Positions 45,959 through 56,046 of a DNA stretch of 64,000 nucleotides are shown in pieces (within the stretch, counting starts at the first letter, position 1; each line of letters starts with the position of its first letter). The stretch lies in the sequence record NC_021531.1; one strand, written 5' to 3'. Position numbers and translations under genes: made by a program. The notes under the pieces are model-generated. The model did no database searches. It had not been told where the DNA came from and was given only the letters and a program-made list of their open reading frames with translations.

Positions 45959-48876
45959 GTTTGGTCGTGACGGTTGTAGCTCAGCACCACATCGTCCTTC
46001 AGACCGATACTGCCATCCGGTTCGATTTCCAGTTTCTTACCAAGCGTCGCACGTGCAGCAGGACTGAGTACCGTAAAGATACGCATGTCTTTGTCCACAC
46101 CCATCCCTTCCATCTCCGCAGAGATAATCGAACCTTGCAGCGCGGTTTTCAATGCTTCGGTGATGTCGGAGGTGGATACCGTTTGGTTCGATGCCAGCCA
46201 GTCGGTAATCACCAGACGGGTTTGCTCGCGGATTGCCTTAATCAGGTCAGAGTTCTGACGGTTAGACGCGGTCAGGTAGTAGTTAATGCTGAAGCGATTC
46301 TCGGCTTTAATCGGTGCCACAGTACCGTCGCCCAGACGAGCGTCGATATAACCCATGGTCGTTTGCGGCACGAAGTACCCGGTGGTACGTTCAAGCAGCT
46401 CGCTTTGAATCTTCGGCAATACTTCCGTCACGGTCTCAACGACAAAGTCTGTTACCTTATCGCGGTACGCCCGCACCTCTTTCGTGGTGGAGAACAGGTA
46501 ACGTGCGTCAAACACACCCATCTCACAGCGGAAGCGAACTTTACGCGGCTCAGCAATGATGGAGTTCCCTTGCGGGTCTTTCACCAGTTCGCCGGCTTTG
46601 TATTTCACTTTCTGTTTACCAGTCAGCTCGTCAATAACCGGGTCACCTTTACGGTGTAGGTATTGGAAGACAATCGGCGGGTCTTGTGTTTCGTCGATGG
46701 TGTATTTCGGCACACCACGCTCGTTACGGTCATAGACATCGTACTCCCATGTCGCCAGCACGTCTTGCGTGTAACGCAGGTAGTTAATCGAGTCAGTGAC
46801 TGGACGAGACTTACACCAGTACGCAGACAGGGATTTACCCAGTACCAGCTCCAGCGATTCATGGGTAATACCAATCGCGTCACGAGAAGGCGGGGTAATG
46901 TAAGTGTCCAGCGTTGCGCGTTCGTAATCCCGCGGGAAGTAGTTCGAGCAACCGTAGAACACGCTCATATCCACCGTCAGTGCCATCGGTAGCATTAACG
47001 TGTTTTCACCGACGTTGAAATTAGTCATAATCATTTCGTGATTACGGTCAACGTCAAGGTTGGTTTTCAGTTCAAACTCGAACACACGCTCATCATCTAA
47101 GTAACCGACCAGTTTACCGTTGACATACGCACGGTCTGTCCCGTACCCACGCGGGGTAAAGGAAATCTGTGCCCAGCACTGGTCATCCGCTAACGCTTTG
47201 TACGCTTCTGAGGAACGAGTCACCACACGCAGTTTGTACCCTTCTTCCGTACGCACCACCTCGTAGTTCTCGGTTACCACCTGCAGTTCCGTTGTCGGGT
47301 TGGTCGACATAAAGCGCTTCGACTCAATCGCTGGTTTTGCCAGATGGTAAACACGGACACTTAACGCGTCGTTGTTTCGGTCAACCACGTAATGGAACGG
47401 CGTGTAGTAGTAACTCGCTGCGTTAGCTGCGGCCACCAAATCACGGCTGGTCATAAAACGCTGACCTTCCGTCATCGCAGGGTCAACATACAACCCGGTA
47501 CCGTCTGACTTATAAATAGTCTCCGGCAGGATGGTTGCGCGGTTACCATTGAATCGCACTGTCGAAAGGGCTTCCAGCTCTTCCCACGTAAAGTACAGTG
47601 GGGCTGCTAACGTACCAATCGGCGAACTGACTTCTTTCAGTGTGGACTCCGGCATCGGCGATGACAAGTGATACGTCCGCGAGGTAACGTAGTCAATTGG
47701 CTTGGTCAGGCTGAGACCGTACATCGTGTCGACAGTTGAACGCAGTTGTGCTTCACTGATAGGGGCCTTACGCGCACCAATCGAGTTATCGATAACGCGA
47801 GCACGGAACTCTTCCAGCGTCAACGGGTTACGCCCACCGACAGTCGTCGCCTGTGAAATCACACGACGCACTGAGAGCGATTTAAACGGGTTGGAGTAGT
47901 TCTCGTCCGTCTCTTCGTTCAAGTCCGCCATGTACATCTGGAAGTCGTCAGCAGGATAGTTGCTGAGGTCAATCGACAACGGCCCCAATGTGGTATACAC
48001 GTCAATGCGCACATCGCCGGTCACTTGCCCACTATTGATGTACACTTCTGGAATCTTCACCGAGAGGACATTCGACCCCAGTTCCATGACCGCGGTAGGA
48101 ACAGATGGGTCATAGACTTCTTTCGAGAAAGTCTGTGCCAGCTCTTTCCATTTATTCCCGGTTGCGGTGTTACGCATCCACGCACGAGCATAGAAGAACT
48201 TGTTGTTGAACGGGAAGGTACGCTTCCAGCCGGTGTCCGGCAAAATCACATCGGTCGCAGTCGAGATAGCATACTGCATCATCGGGATTTTGATACGCAG
48301 CAAGTTGACACCGCTGTCGGCCGTCGTGACCATCCAGTCCAAGGCGTTGGTGTCAACCTCTTTTACTGGGTTGGCCGGTTCTGTGACCCACAGCACTTCG
48401 AAAGAGTCAAACGGCAGCACCTGAATCTCGATAGCGTACTGTAATGTGAACGTGTAGCCCGCCACTTTAACGTACGAGTCACGAGGAATAATGATACGAC
48501 GAATCCCTTGTGTCTCCAGCGGCATCGCACGGGTACGTAAGGAGTCAACGTCCACGTAAAGTAGCATGTGCGTGGTAGAAGGCTGGGCAAAGATGTCCAC
48601 AGCATCGCGGTCGGACATGTGGCGGTACAAGTCTTCCCACGACGTTGCCATCGATGCGTACATCTTCGGCAGTAACTGACGCATACCTTCAATCGTCGAG
48701 TGGCTCAGCATCACACCCATCTCGGCAATGAATGCAACCGGGTCAGTTGGGTCGGCCAACGTCATTCCCGGTTTAGCAACGGCCTGACGCAGGGTGTTCA
48801 GCGACAACGTTTGCATTAAAGCGGGGTTGTGTGCCACGGTGAGCACTTTACCAGAGAGGTCCTGAATTGTTTCCAT
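45952..48876 (-). CDS. baseplate wedge protein (baseplate-J / T4 gp6-like)
   Basis: ~974 aa from ATG 48876 (TAATG coupling); GGRNPLTLEEFRAR matches J-type GG.D.E....R.R. Confidence 0.7.
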   Translation of the reverse strand: METIQDLSGKVLTVAHNPALMQTLSLNTLRQAVAKPGMTLADPTDPVAFIAEMGVMLSHSTIEGMRQLLPKMYASMATSWEDLYRHMSDRDAVDIFAQPSTTHMLLYVDVDSLRTRAMPLETQGIRRIIIPRDSYVKVAGYTFTLQYAIEIQVLPFDSFEVLWVTEPANPVKEVDTNALDWMVTTADSGVNLLRIKIPMMQYAISTATDVILPDTGWKRTFPFNNKFFYARAWMRNTATGNKWKELAQTFSKEVYDPSVPTAVMELGSNVLSVKIPEVYINSGQVTGDVRIDVYTTLGPLSIDLSNYPADDFQMYMADLNEETDENYSNPFKSLSVRRVISQATTVGGRNPLTLEEFRARVIDNSIGARKAPISEAQLRSTVDTMYGLSLTKPIDYVTSRTYHLSSPMPESTLKEVSSPIGTLAAPLYFTWEELEALSTVRFNGNRATILPETIYKSDGTGLYVDPAMTEGQRFMTSRDLVAAANAASYYYTPFHYVVDRNNDALSVRVYHLAKPAIESKRFMSTNPTTELQVVTENYEVVRTEEGYKLRVVTRSSEAYKALADDQCWAQISFTPRGYGTDRAYVNGKLVGYLDDERVFEFELKTNLDVDRNHEMIMTNFNVGENTLMLPMALTVDMSVFYGCSNYFPRDYERATLDTYITPPSRDAIGITHESLELVLGKSLSAYWCKSRPVTDSINYLRYTQDVLATWEYDVYDRNERGVPKYTIDETQDPPIVFQYLHRKGDPVIDELTGKQKVKYKAGELVKDPQGNSIIAEPRKVRFRCEMGVFDARYLFSTTKEVRAYRDKVTDFVVETVTEVLPKIQSELLERTTGYFVPQTTMGYIDARLGDGTVAPIKAENRFSINYYLTASNRQNSDLIKAIREQTRLVITDWLASNQTVSTSDITEALKTALQGSIISAEMEGMGVDKDMRIFTVLSPAARATLGKKLEIEPDGSIGLKDDVVLSYNRHDQTK

Positions 48877-50096
48877 TATAAAAGTCCTGCTTGTTTCAGC
48901 ACGTACTCGTAATCGGTCTGATAGACCCACCACGACAGTTGCCGACGGATGGTATCGATGTGCGGATAGCCGTAGTAGTTGAACAGCGGCAGTTCATGAA
49001 CTTCGAGTTTGCGAAGGAAGCTCGCCCCGATAGGCATAAACTCATCGTAGTTCGGGTCCGGAATCATATCCGGGTTAAAGATGGCGACCGTACGGTTGAA
49101 CATGTCCATGTAAAGCGGGTCATCGTAACGTGCCCCAATCATCTGCCATTGAATGGTGATGGTCACATCGTCGTTAAGCTGTGGCTTGGTGTTGTCGACA
49201 CTGGCCATGGCCCCGGCGTTGTTATTGGTCGGCCACATGATGCAGCCACACGTAAAGCGCTGGATGTTACCGAGAGAATCGTAGTTGATGGTGTAGATAC
49301 GAGACTGGTAATCGATACGGCGCTGAATGGAGTTAATGATACGTGGCTTAAACTTGCCTTTACGTACCCCCGCCATATACTCGAGCCATACCGTCATCAT
49401 TTTCATAATCGGGTTACCGACCATGTTGTTGAAAGTAGTCGAGCCACTGTAGGCGTAGTTCACTTCCCACGTCGAATCGACAATACCCCACTGCTCACGT
49501 TCAATACCTTCGTTCGATAACCAGCTGTCAACCGAGTTGTCTGGCGGGCCTGAGAAACTCACCAGCGAGGAGCTGAGTAATGGTATGAAGGCCTGCAAGT
49601 TGTCAAACGGCACTTCCGGGCGAAACGGTTTACCCAAAGCGGGTTCATCGCTGGCAGCAAAGCCAAATGGGAACAAGGGGTCAAGGGCCGCAAGGATAGA
49701 GTAATCCAGCGACGCGGTGTCCTGCGCACACATATTCGCAAACCGTCGGGATTGCGAGATATTGTTGTAATCGAGGTTTAAATCGGGCCTTACGATAAAC
49801 GACACCCCGCCGTATTCGCGGTTCACGGGAACTGGGTTGTTCGCCATCCTATGGTTGAACCCCATTAAGGGGTTAGTGAGCCTTTGAGCCGCTAAGCCCA
49901 TACCCTTTGACAACCCGATACGGTTTTTCCACGTGGTCAATTCATCGTTGAGATTGTACGGAGTTACCGGGTTAGTGGTAGACGTACGACTGTCTAAGTA
50001 ACTCGCGAGAGATGGGATTTCCGCCCCTTCACCGGTGGCGTCGGATGTTTCTTTTCTTAACGCTTCAATCTCTGCCTGTTGTTTATAATCGGCCAT
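48876..50096 (-). CDS. tail-tube-like baseplate protein
   Basis: 406-aa ORF; tube-fold-like pattern; synteny with baseplate gene. Confidence 0.55.
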   Translation of the reverse strand: MADYKQQAEIEALRKETSDATGEGAEIPSLASYLDSRTSTTNPVTPYNLNDELTTWKNRIGLSKGMGLAAQRLTNPLMGFNHRMANNPVPVNREYGGVSFIVRPDLNLDYNNISQSRRFANMCAQDTASLDYSILAALDPLFPFGFAASDEPALGKPFRPEVPFDNLQAFIPLLSSSLVSFSGPPDNSVDSWLSNEGIEREQWGIVDSTWEVNYAYSGSTTFNNMVGNPIMKMMTVWLEYMAGVRKGKFKPRIINSIQRRIDYQSRIYTINYDSLGNIQRFTCGCIMWPTNNNAGAMASVDNTKPQLNDDVTITIQWQMIGARYDDPLYMDMFNRTVAIFNPDMIPDPNYDEFMPIGASFLRKLEVHELPLFNYYGYPHIDTIRRQLSWWVYQTDYEYVLKQAGLL

Positions 50097-50117
50097 TTTT
50101 CAACTCCGGAGTTAAAA
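50097..50117. promoter_or_regulatory. palindromic shared ribosome-binding site of divergent genes
   Basis: AACTCCGGAGTT gives GGAG on both strands; the two ATGs are 21 bp apart. Confidence 0.6.
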
Positions 50118-51266
50118 ATGAAAAAAGATGTTGAGACAACTCTTGTCTCTTTCTTAACTAAGTTCCCTGATTTTATCAGGCAGCGCCATGATAGCCTCGA
50201 AGAGTTCAATGCGCAGCTGTATAACGAATATCTGACCATGGTCGAACAGTCGTTGTCCTCGCTGGACTATCTGCCGGGCATTCTGGACTCTATCCAAACC
50301 TTGCTGGCAGCCAACCAATTGACGGCGATATCGCTGTTGGTCGGTGTACCTGATGTGGACATCGTGGGGACGCTGGATAAGATTTCTACTAAGCGCTCAC
50401 CGCTTGACGCGGCCGCACGTACCGGTTCACGCTTAGGTGCAGCGTTCGCTGCTGGTGAATCGACCCGTCTGGGACTGCCGTCATACGATAAACTCATCCC
50501 TGCGGTTGAGTCTACTCGTCCGGGACGTCGCGTTGCTCGTGAATCTACCGAGAACGTAGAAGACATCCTGCTGAACGGCGACAAGACCGCCAACGCGGGT
50601 TACGGCAAAGACACGCTGAAACAGATTAACGACATGGACAAATTGTCCACCGGTAAGATGTTCTCCTGTGTGTTCGAGCGCGACGGTAACAAAGCTGAGC
50701 TGATGCTCCGCCTGCGTCTGGCTGTTAAGTCTGCGCCGACGGCTGCTATGCGTACCTTCATCGCTTTCAGCGACCAAACCAAAACCTTCTCTGAGCGCTG
50801 GATTAAAGCCGGTGTGGGTCAGCTGGGTTATGCGAAGGATATCTTCTTCTCTAACGACCTGATTGACGAGTACCGTAAAAATCGCTACCGCGACAAGACC
50901 GGCTACTACAAGCAGCTCATGGAACGCCGCAACGGTAACTGGCTGTCTGGCCTGCTGAGCTTCTCCCCGTCTATCAACAACGCTTCGGCTGTGATGATTG
51001 TGTCTCGTGACACTCTCGATGGCCTGCAGGCTGAACTGGGCGGTGACTTCGACGATTACAACGTTCGTAAGCGCGTCTTTGAAGATACGCTGACCGTGTA
51101 CTTCGTGGTAGTCGATACCCAGTGGAACCGCGTGGTGATTTACACCCGTGGCATGGACGGCGCAATGGAGTTGGATAAGTCTGACTTCGCGAAATCCAGC
51201 AAGGGCGGTTCAAACGTGAACCAGATTATCGAAGCATATCGTTCTGGCGCACAGCCGGTACTGTAA
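50118..51266 (+). CDS. virion head protein (gp50-like)
   Basis: ATG 50118; AGE/S and ARE/S maturation-type sites. Confidence 0.7.
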   Translation: MKKDVETTLVSFLTKFPDFIRQRHDSLEEFNAQLYNEYLTMVEQSLSSLDYLPGILDSIQTLLAANQLTAISLLVGVPDVDIVGTLDKISTKRSPLDAAARTGSRLGAAFAAGESTRLGLPSYDKLIPAVESTRPGRRVARESTENVEDILLNGDKTANAGYGKDTLKQINDMDKLSTGKMFSCVFERDGNKAELMLRLRLAVKSAPTAAMRTFIAFSDQTKTFSERWIKAGVGQLGYAKDIFFSNDLIDEYRKNRYRDKTGYYKQLMERRNGNWLSGLLSFSPSINNASAVMIVSRDTLDGLQAELGGDFDDYNVRKRVFEDTLTVYFVVVDTQWNRVVIYTRGMDGAMELDKSDFAKSSKGGSNVNQIIEAYRSGAQPVL

Positions 51267-51276
51267 GGGCGGTGAA

Positions 51277-52197
51277 ATGAACATTTCGAATGTATTAAGC
51301 ACCATGCTGCCGAGCTTTGAAAGCTCCCAGCTGAAAGACAGCGTCCGTGACAACACGGCGGCTATCACCAACGAACTGCTGCCGCAGTACCAAACACTGC
51401 GTGAAGTCGTCGGTGTTGATTTCAAATCCGCAGATGTGAAGAAGATGTCGAAAGATATCACCGGCTATCTGCGCGATACTAAACTCGAACTGAAGGGTGT
51501 GCATAACGCCACGATGGTCGACTACATTATCGAAGTCATGAAAAACATCGGCACGCTGCAGGGCTTCCTGATTGAGCGTATCGATGCGGACATCGGTAAA
51601 AAGGTGATGACGGCCCAGCTGTCATTTAACAAACAAACCCTGCTGCACCTGATTGACCTGATTGAGTTCTATGGTCAGTACACTGCGACGTTGATTAACT
51701 GGCTGACGCACGAAGAGCTGCAAGCCGTTGACACCAACATCAAAACGCAGGGTGTGGCACCGACTGACCTGAAATACCTGCAGATGCGTATGGCGACCTT
51801 TGGTGTGGCCACCCGTATTCTGGGTACGCCGGTCAACAAACTCAAAGCGGACTACGGTGAGATCCCGGATGCGATGTTCACGGAAGAAACCTTCTATGAA
51901 CTGACCCGCGCTTTCGGTCAGGAAAAGACTGACCCGATGGGGATGTCCTCCGTTCCGTTCCCGCTGTCTGTTATCTTCCGCATTCGCCTGAACATGGCTG
52001 AGCGTCAGATGGACCACCTCGATGAGCTGACCACTGCTGCAAAAGCCACCGAGCTGCGTCTGATGCTTTACCGTCGCCAGCTGGCCGAAGGTACGGGTGA
52101 TGCGTACACCGAAGACCTCATCGAAGCACAAGAGAAACGTCTGAACGATCTCAAGTACAAACGTGAGCGTCTGGAGAAGAAGTATGGATTACAATAA
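51277..52197 (+). CDS. virion head protein (gp51-like)
   Basis: 306 aa, high-expression codons; synteny. Confidence 0.65.
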   Translation: MNISNVLSTMLPSFESSQLKDSVRDNTAAITNELLPQYQTLREVVGVDFKSADVKKMSKDITGYLRDTKLELKGVHNATMVDYIIEVMKNIGTLQGFLIERIDADIGKKVMTAQLSFNKQTLLHLIDLIEFYGQYTATLINWLTHEELQAVDTNIKTQGVAPTDLKYLQMRMATFGVATRILGTPVNKLKADYGEIPDAMFTEETFYELTRAFGQEKTDPMGMSSVPFPLSVIFRIRLNMAERQMDHLDELTTAAKATELRLMLYRRQLAEGTGDAYTEDLIEAQEKRLNDLKYKRERLEKKYGLQ

Positions 52198-52741
52198 CCC
52201 AGATTACAGTGCTGCCGTACGAGTCATTGACGATTATATGGAGAAGCTGCAAAAGAACCCGATTATGGTCCATGACGACACCGTTATCCATGGGGTTCTC
52301 GCGGCTGCTGCTGTCATTCTCCCGCGGTTTAAACTGATGTGTGTTGAATCCGTTCAACGCGTATTATATGACGACTTCAAACAGTTGGGATATACGTTCA
52401 ATGCGTTTTATAATGAAACGATTGCGTTTGTCTTAGACGGGAAGCGTCGCCAATCGGGAACAGGCAGCTACGCGTCGATAATTCAGGCGTACCTGAACGA
52501 CATTACCAGCACCGTGCATGCCGACGATTTCGGTAGCCTGGGTGCGGCGATTTTGAACTCGACGTTTGGACGCTCAGGAACGGTACGTTCAATGGGTCCG
52601 GTGAATTACTCCATCAAGCCGGACATGCGCGCATTATCTTATGCAGACCACGAATTACTGGCACAATGGATTACGCGTGTAAACGGTCTTTCCGACATGG
52701 TTACATCGTTATCTGTTTTCTTGAAGATCGCACGTCCCTAA
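52184..52741 (+). CDS. virion head protein (gp52-like)
   Basis: GGAG SD before ATG 52184; synteny. Confidence 0.6.
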   Translation: MDYNNPDYSAAVRVIDDYMEKLQKNPIMVHDDTVIHGVLAAAAVILPRFKLMCVESVQRVLYDDFKQLGYTFNAFYNETIAFVLDGKRRQSGTGSYASIIQAYLNDITSTVHADDFGSLGAAILNSTFGRSGTVRSMGPVNYSIKPDMRALSYADHELLAQWITRVNGLSDMVTSLSVFLKIARP

Positions 52742-52801
52742 GGGGGCCCCTTTCTAGGGGCGTGTAGTTTACATGGTTAACCAAAAACAGGAACCACAAA
52801 T

Positions 52802-54097
52802 ATGAACTTTATGCAAAAACGGGCAGCTCGTGAGTCTATCGAAGACGGCGCTACCGACGCAGGTATCAGCAACATCTCTACCGGCGAAGACAACCTGGAC
52901 GTCCAACTGACCGAAGTTGCTCCGCTGGATCAACAGATGGATCAGCTGGCGGGCGATGCTGAAGTCCTGGCTGCCGACACCGAGCGTACCGAAGCTGCGA
53001 TCGACAACGCTGATGAAGCGCTGGCCGCTGGCGAAGAACTGCCAGAAGAAGAACTGGCACCGGCAATCGTTGCTGGTGAGAGCATCCGTCGCCGCTGGCG
53101 TCTGGAGACCCCGCAGGTTGCTCGTGAAAGCTTCCGCCGTGGTCGTGGCCTGACTCGTTCTGCCTGCGAAGGCTGGAAAGAGAACCTGAAAAAACTGTGG
53201 CAGGCGTTCATCGAAATGGTGCGCACTGTTATCCGTAAAGCGAAAGAGCTGAAGCTGAAATATTTCAACGTCGGCAAATCTGCGGTCAAGCGTGCGAAAG
53301 CGTACGAAGAGCGCATGAAAAAGCTGGGCACCAAGAAAGAGAAAGACGAAATCTCTGGTAGCTTCGTAGACAAACTGTCTATCGAAGGCAAATTCGATCC
53401 GGAAGCGTCTGCCTCTATCGCGAAAGAAGCGACCCAGGGTAAAGCCAAAGGCGCGATCAGCAAACTGGCTGCTCAGGCTGACAAAGCTGCTGCATTCGTT
53501 GTTTCTGCTTCTGAAGGCGGCGAAACTTCCTTCTCCGATCCAGCTGGCGGTAAAGTTGAGCTGTTCGGTACTGCCGGTTCTAAACTGCGCGTGCTGCCTC
53601 AGTTCGATGACGCTACTGGCGTCGATGCGATGCAGACCATCATGGCTCTGCCGGGTAACGCCTATATCCAGTGCGCTACCAAAAAGCTCAGCACCAAAGA
53701 CGGTGAATCTACTCTGACCGTTGTTGCGTTCACCACTACTGGTGATGCGAACGATGAGAAGAACGTCCCGACTCCGGACGCGGGCAAACTGCGTGCCGCT
53801 ATCTCCAGCCTGAAAGCTGTCGGCGAAGGCTTCGAAAAAGTCCTGAAAGACTTCGATGCGTATGACCGTGAGCTGGACAAACTGGAAAAAGCTGCTGATA
53901 AAGCATCCAAAGCGTTCGATAAAGCGACCGACGAAGGTGACCGCACTCTGCTGTCTAACTCTCGTACCATCGCTGATCAGGCGGTTCGTAACTATCAGGC
54001 TCTGAACCGTGGCGTACAGCACGTTGGTCGTACTGTTATCGCTGGTCTGTCCGGTTACATCGGTGCCGGCATCGGCGCGTACGGCAACAGCAAGTAA
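52802..54097 (+). CDS. abundant inner-head/ejection protein, phiKZ gp93 family (SPN3US gp53-like)
   Basis: Acidic propeptide; multiple AxE/S sites (ARES, AGES, ARES); paralog of next gene. Confidence 0.82.
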   Translation: MNFMQKRAARESIEDGATDAGISNISTGEDNLDVQLTEVAPLDQQMDQLAGDAEVLAADTERTEAAIDNADEALAAGEELPEEELAPAIVAGESIRRRWRLETPQVARESFRRGRGLTRSACEGWKENLKKLWQAFIEMVRTVIRKAKELKLKYFNVGKSAVKRAKAYEERMKKLGTKKEKDEISGSFVDKLSIEGKFDPEASASIAKEATQGKAKGAISKLAAQADKAAAFVVSASEGGETSFSDPAGGKVELFGTAGSKLRVLPQFDDATGVDAMQTIMALPGNAYIQCATKKLSTKDGESTLTVVAFTTTGDANDEKNVPTPDAGKLRAAISSLKAVGEGFEKVLKDFDAYDRELDKLEKAADKASKAFDKATDEGDRTLLSNSRTIADQAVRNYQALNRGVQHVGRTVIAGLSGYIGAGIGAYGNSK

Positions 54098-54168
54098 TTG
54101 CTGAGCTGGTAAGATAACCGTCCAACTTCTTTAACGAGGGGCCAGGTGGCCCCTTAGAGGAATCGATA

Positions 54169-55443
54169 ATGAACTTTATGCAACAACGTGCTGCGCGCGA
54201 ATCTATCGCCGACGACATCATCCTGGTTGACGCAGTAGACCTGCCGCAGGATTCTGTTGAAGGTATTCTGTCTGACGTACAGTCTGACACCAAGCAGATC
54301 GACAGCCTCGACGCTGACGGTCAGCTGATGGCTGAAGATGGCGACGAAACCGAAGCAACTCTGGGCGTGCTGGACGAAGCTCAGGCGGCTGCTGACGGCG
54401 AAACGCCGGAAGACGGTTCTGACCCGATGGAAGTTGAAGACGACATGAGCGAAGATGCTGCGGAAGCGGTTGAAGTGGCTCAGGAGTCTATCCGTCGTCG
54501 CTGGTTCCCGCACAAAGCTTCTGTAGCGCAGGAAAGCTTCGGTGCTCGTCACCGTCGTACTGCGGTTCGTGAAAGCCTGTGGGATACCATCAAACAGTTC
54601 CTGCGTAACGCAGTTGAGTGGATCAAAGCACAGTTCCGCAAACTGAAAGACCGCTGGCTGAAATTCAGCAACAAAGGTAAATCCATCCAGAAAAAATCTA
54701 AAGCTTTCGACGCGGCTATCCGTAAACTGGGTACCAAGAAAAAAGACGAGATCTCTGGTGGCTTTATCAAACAGCTGTCTGTCGGTAAATCCTTCAAAGG
54801 TAACGACACTGCGTTCCTGAACGAGCAGCTTTCTGGCGTGATCGGCTTCCAGTCCTTCCAGGCTGGTGTGCTGGACGGCATCTCCGGTATCGTTGAGAAA
54901 GCGGCTGCAGGTACTGTAACGGCTGAGCAGGTTCGTTCTGCTATGGCAGAGCAGAGCAAAGACGCTGAGAAAGAAGTCGGCGGCAACGGTGAAGAAAGCA
55001 TCATCGGCGGCAAGTTCATCAAAGTTGAAGCATCTGAGTCTGATGCAGAGATGGCTACCATCTCCCTGATCGACGACGAAGCTGAAGCTGAATCCGAAGT
55101 TCCGACTCCGGCTATTCCGCAGATGAACAACGTCAACACCTTCTTCAACAAGCTGGGCATCGAGATCGAGAAACGCGTTAAAGCGTATCACTCTAACGAA
55201 CAGAAAGCTGAAAAATACCGTAGCGGTATTGAAAAGGTTCTGCGTAAAGTTGACAACATCAAAGTCGGCGAAGACAAAGAGCTGGAAGAAGCTGTACGTC
55301 AGCTGCGCGTAGCGGTTAACGGCGCGAACTCCTTCGTGTCCTTCACTGAGCGTGTTGCTGCACACGTGCTGGTCTCTCTGACCGCGGGTGTGAACGGCTA
55401 CCTGGCTGCAGGTATCGCTGCGTACGACAAATCCAAAAGCTAA
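54169..55443 (+). CDS. abundant inner-head/ejection protein, phiKZ gp93 family (SPN3US gp54-like)
   Basis: MNFMQ.RAARES start shared with previous gene; AQES sites; KGKSIQK / LGTKKKDEISG similarity. Confidence 0.82.
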   Translation: MNFMQQRAARESIADDIILVDAVDLPQDSVEGILSDVQSDTKQIDSLDADGQLMAEDGDETEATLGVLDEAQAAADGETPEDGSDPMEVEDDMSEDAAEAVEVAQESIRRRWFPHKASVAQESFGARHRRTAVRESLWDTIKQFLRNAVEWIKAQFRKLKDRWLKFSNKGKSIQKKSKAFDAAIRKLGTKKKDEISGGFIKQLSVGKSFKGNDTAFLNEQLSGVIGFQSFQAGVLDGISGIVEKAAAGTVTAEQVRSAMAEQSKDAEKEVGGNGEESIIGGKFIKVEASESDAEMATISLIDDEAEAESEVPTPAIPQMNNVNTFFNKLGIEIEKRVKAYHSNEQKAEKYRSGIEKVLRKVDNIKVGEDKELEEAVRQLRVAVNGANSFVSFTERVAAHVLVSLTAGVNGYLAAGIAAYDKSKS

Positions 55444-55468
55444 TCATTGATTAGTCGATGGTGAGTAA

Positions 55469-55499
55469 TGGGGCCTTCGGGCCCCATTTCTTTTTTTTA
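55469..55499 (+). terminator. intrinsic terminator
   Basis: ATGGGCC-TTCG-GGCCCCAT plus T tract. Confidence 0.8.
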
Positions 55500-55509
55500 A
55501 TTTTTTACG

Positions 55510-55533
55510 GATATATGTAATCGTAGTGATAAC
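55510..55533 (+). promoter_or_regulatory. putative early promoter
   Basis: GATATATGTAATC-GTA-GTGATAAC. Confidence 0.55.
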
Positions 55534-55547
55534 CACGAGGAGAAATC

Positions 55548-56021
55548 ATGAAAGAATTACACATTTTGAATCTGTCCGGCGTCAAAGAAGCCGAGCACGA
55601 TAAAGATTATCTGTTCCTTACCTTCCACGGCGAGAGCGGGAACTACTTGGTTCACAAGGTAGTGGCTGAAGGTATTGTGACGTGGATGCTCGCGAACGAA
55701 GACCAAGGCGGTTACTATCCGCTCGTGTTTGGCGACTTTAAACTCAACGCAGGCCGCCCGTACAAACACCACCACAAAACGCACAAAGAACGTCTGCGTA
55801 ACAAACGTTATTACTTCCGCGAATGGTTTGCTTGTGAAGCGGAAGTAAATCGCACGAAAACGGAACATCCGGGTATTGCGATTTCCATACCGGGTGGTAA
55901 TGTCCGTGTTCGCCGTAATAGTACCCCTGGCTGGGATAAAGGCCCACACGACTGGCATTTAGAGTGGCGCATCTTCATGCCCGTTGCTAACTTCACCATT
56001 AAACCAACTACTGACTTCTAA
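55548..56021 (+). CDS. hypothetical protein (paralog family member 1)
   Basis: GAGGAG SD; similar to next ORF. Confidence 0.8.
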   Translation: MKELHILNLSGVKEAEHDKDYLFLTFHGESGNYLVHKVVAEGIVTWMLANEDQGGYYPLVFGDFKLNAGRPYKHHHKTHKERLRNKRYYFREWFACEAEVNRTKTEHPGIAISIPGGNVRVRRNSTPGWDKGPHDWHLEWRIFMPVANFTIKPTTDF

Positions 56022-56046
56022 TTCTATTTATACTGAGGAATCAATC

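Noticed and set aside
45961-46659. 232-aa plus-strand ORF opposite the baseplate gene
   Set aside because: Antisense shadow with no SD or promoter motif, directly after a terminator
52740-52760. Overlapping G/C hairpins after the gp52-like gene (AAGGGGGCCCCTTTCTAGGGG)
   Set aside because: Short, with no U tract; could be an mRNA stabiliser or chance; not enough evidence
52769-55365. 417-aa and 403-aa antisense ORFs over the two inner-head paralogs
   Set aside because: Same codon-bias artefact; no SD or recognisable protein features
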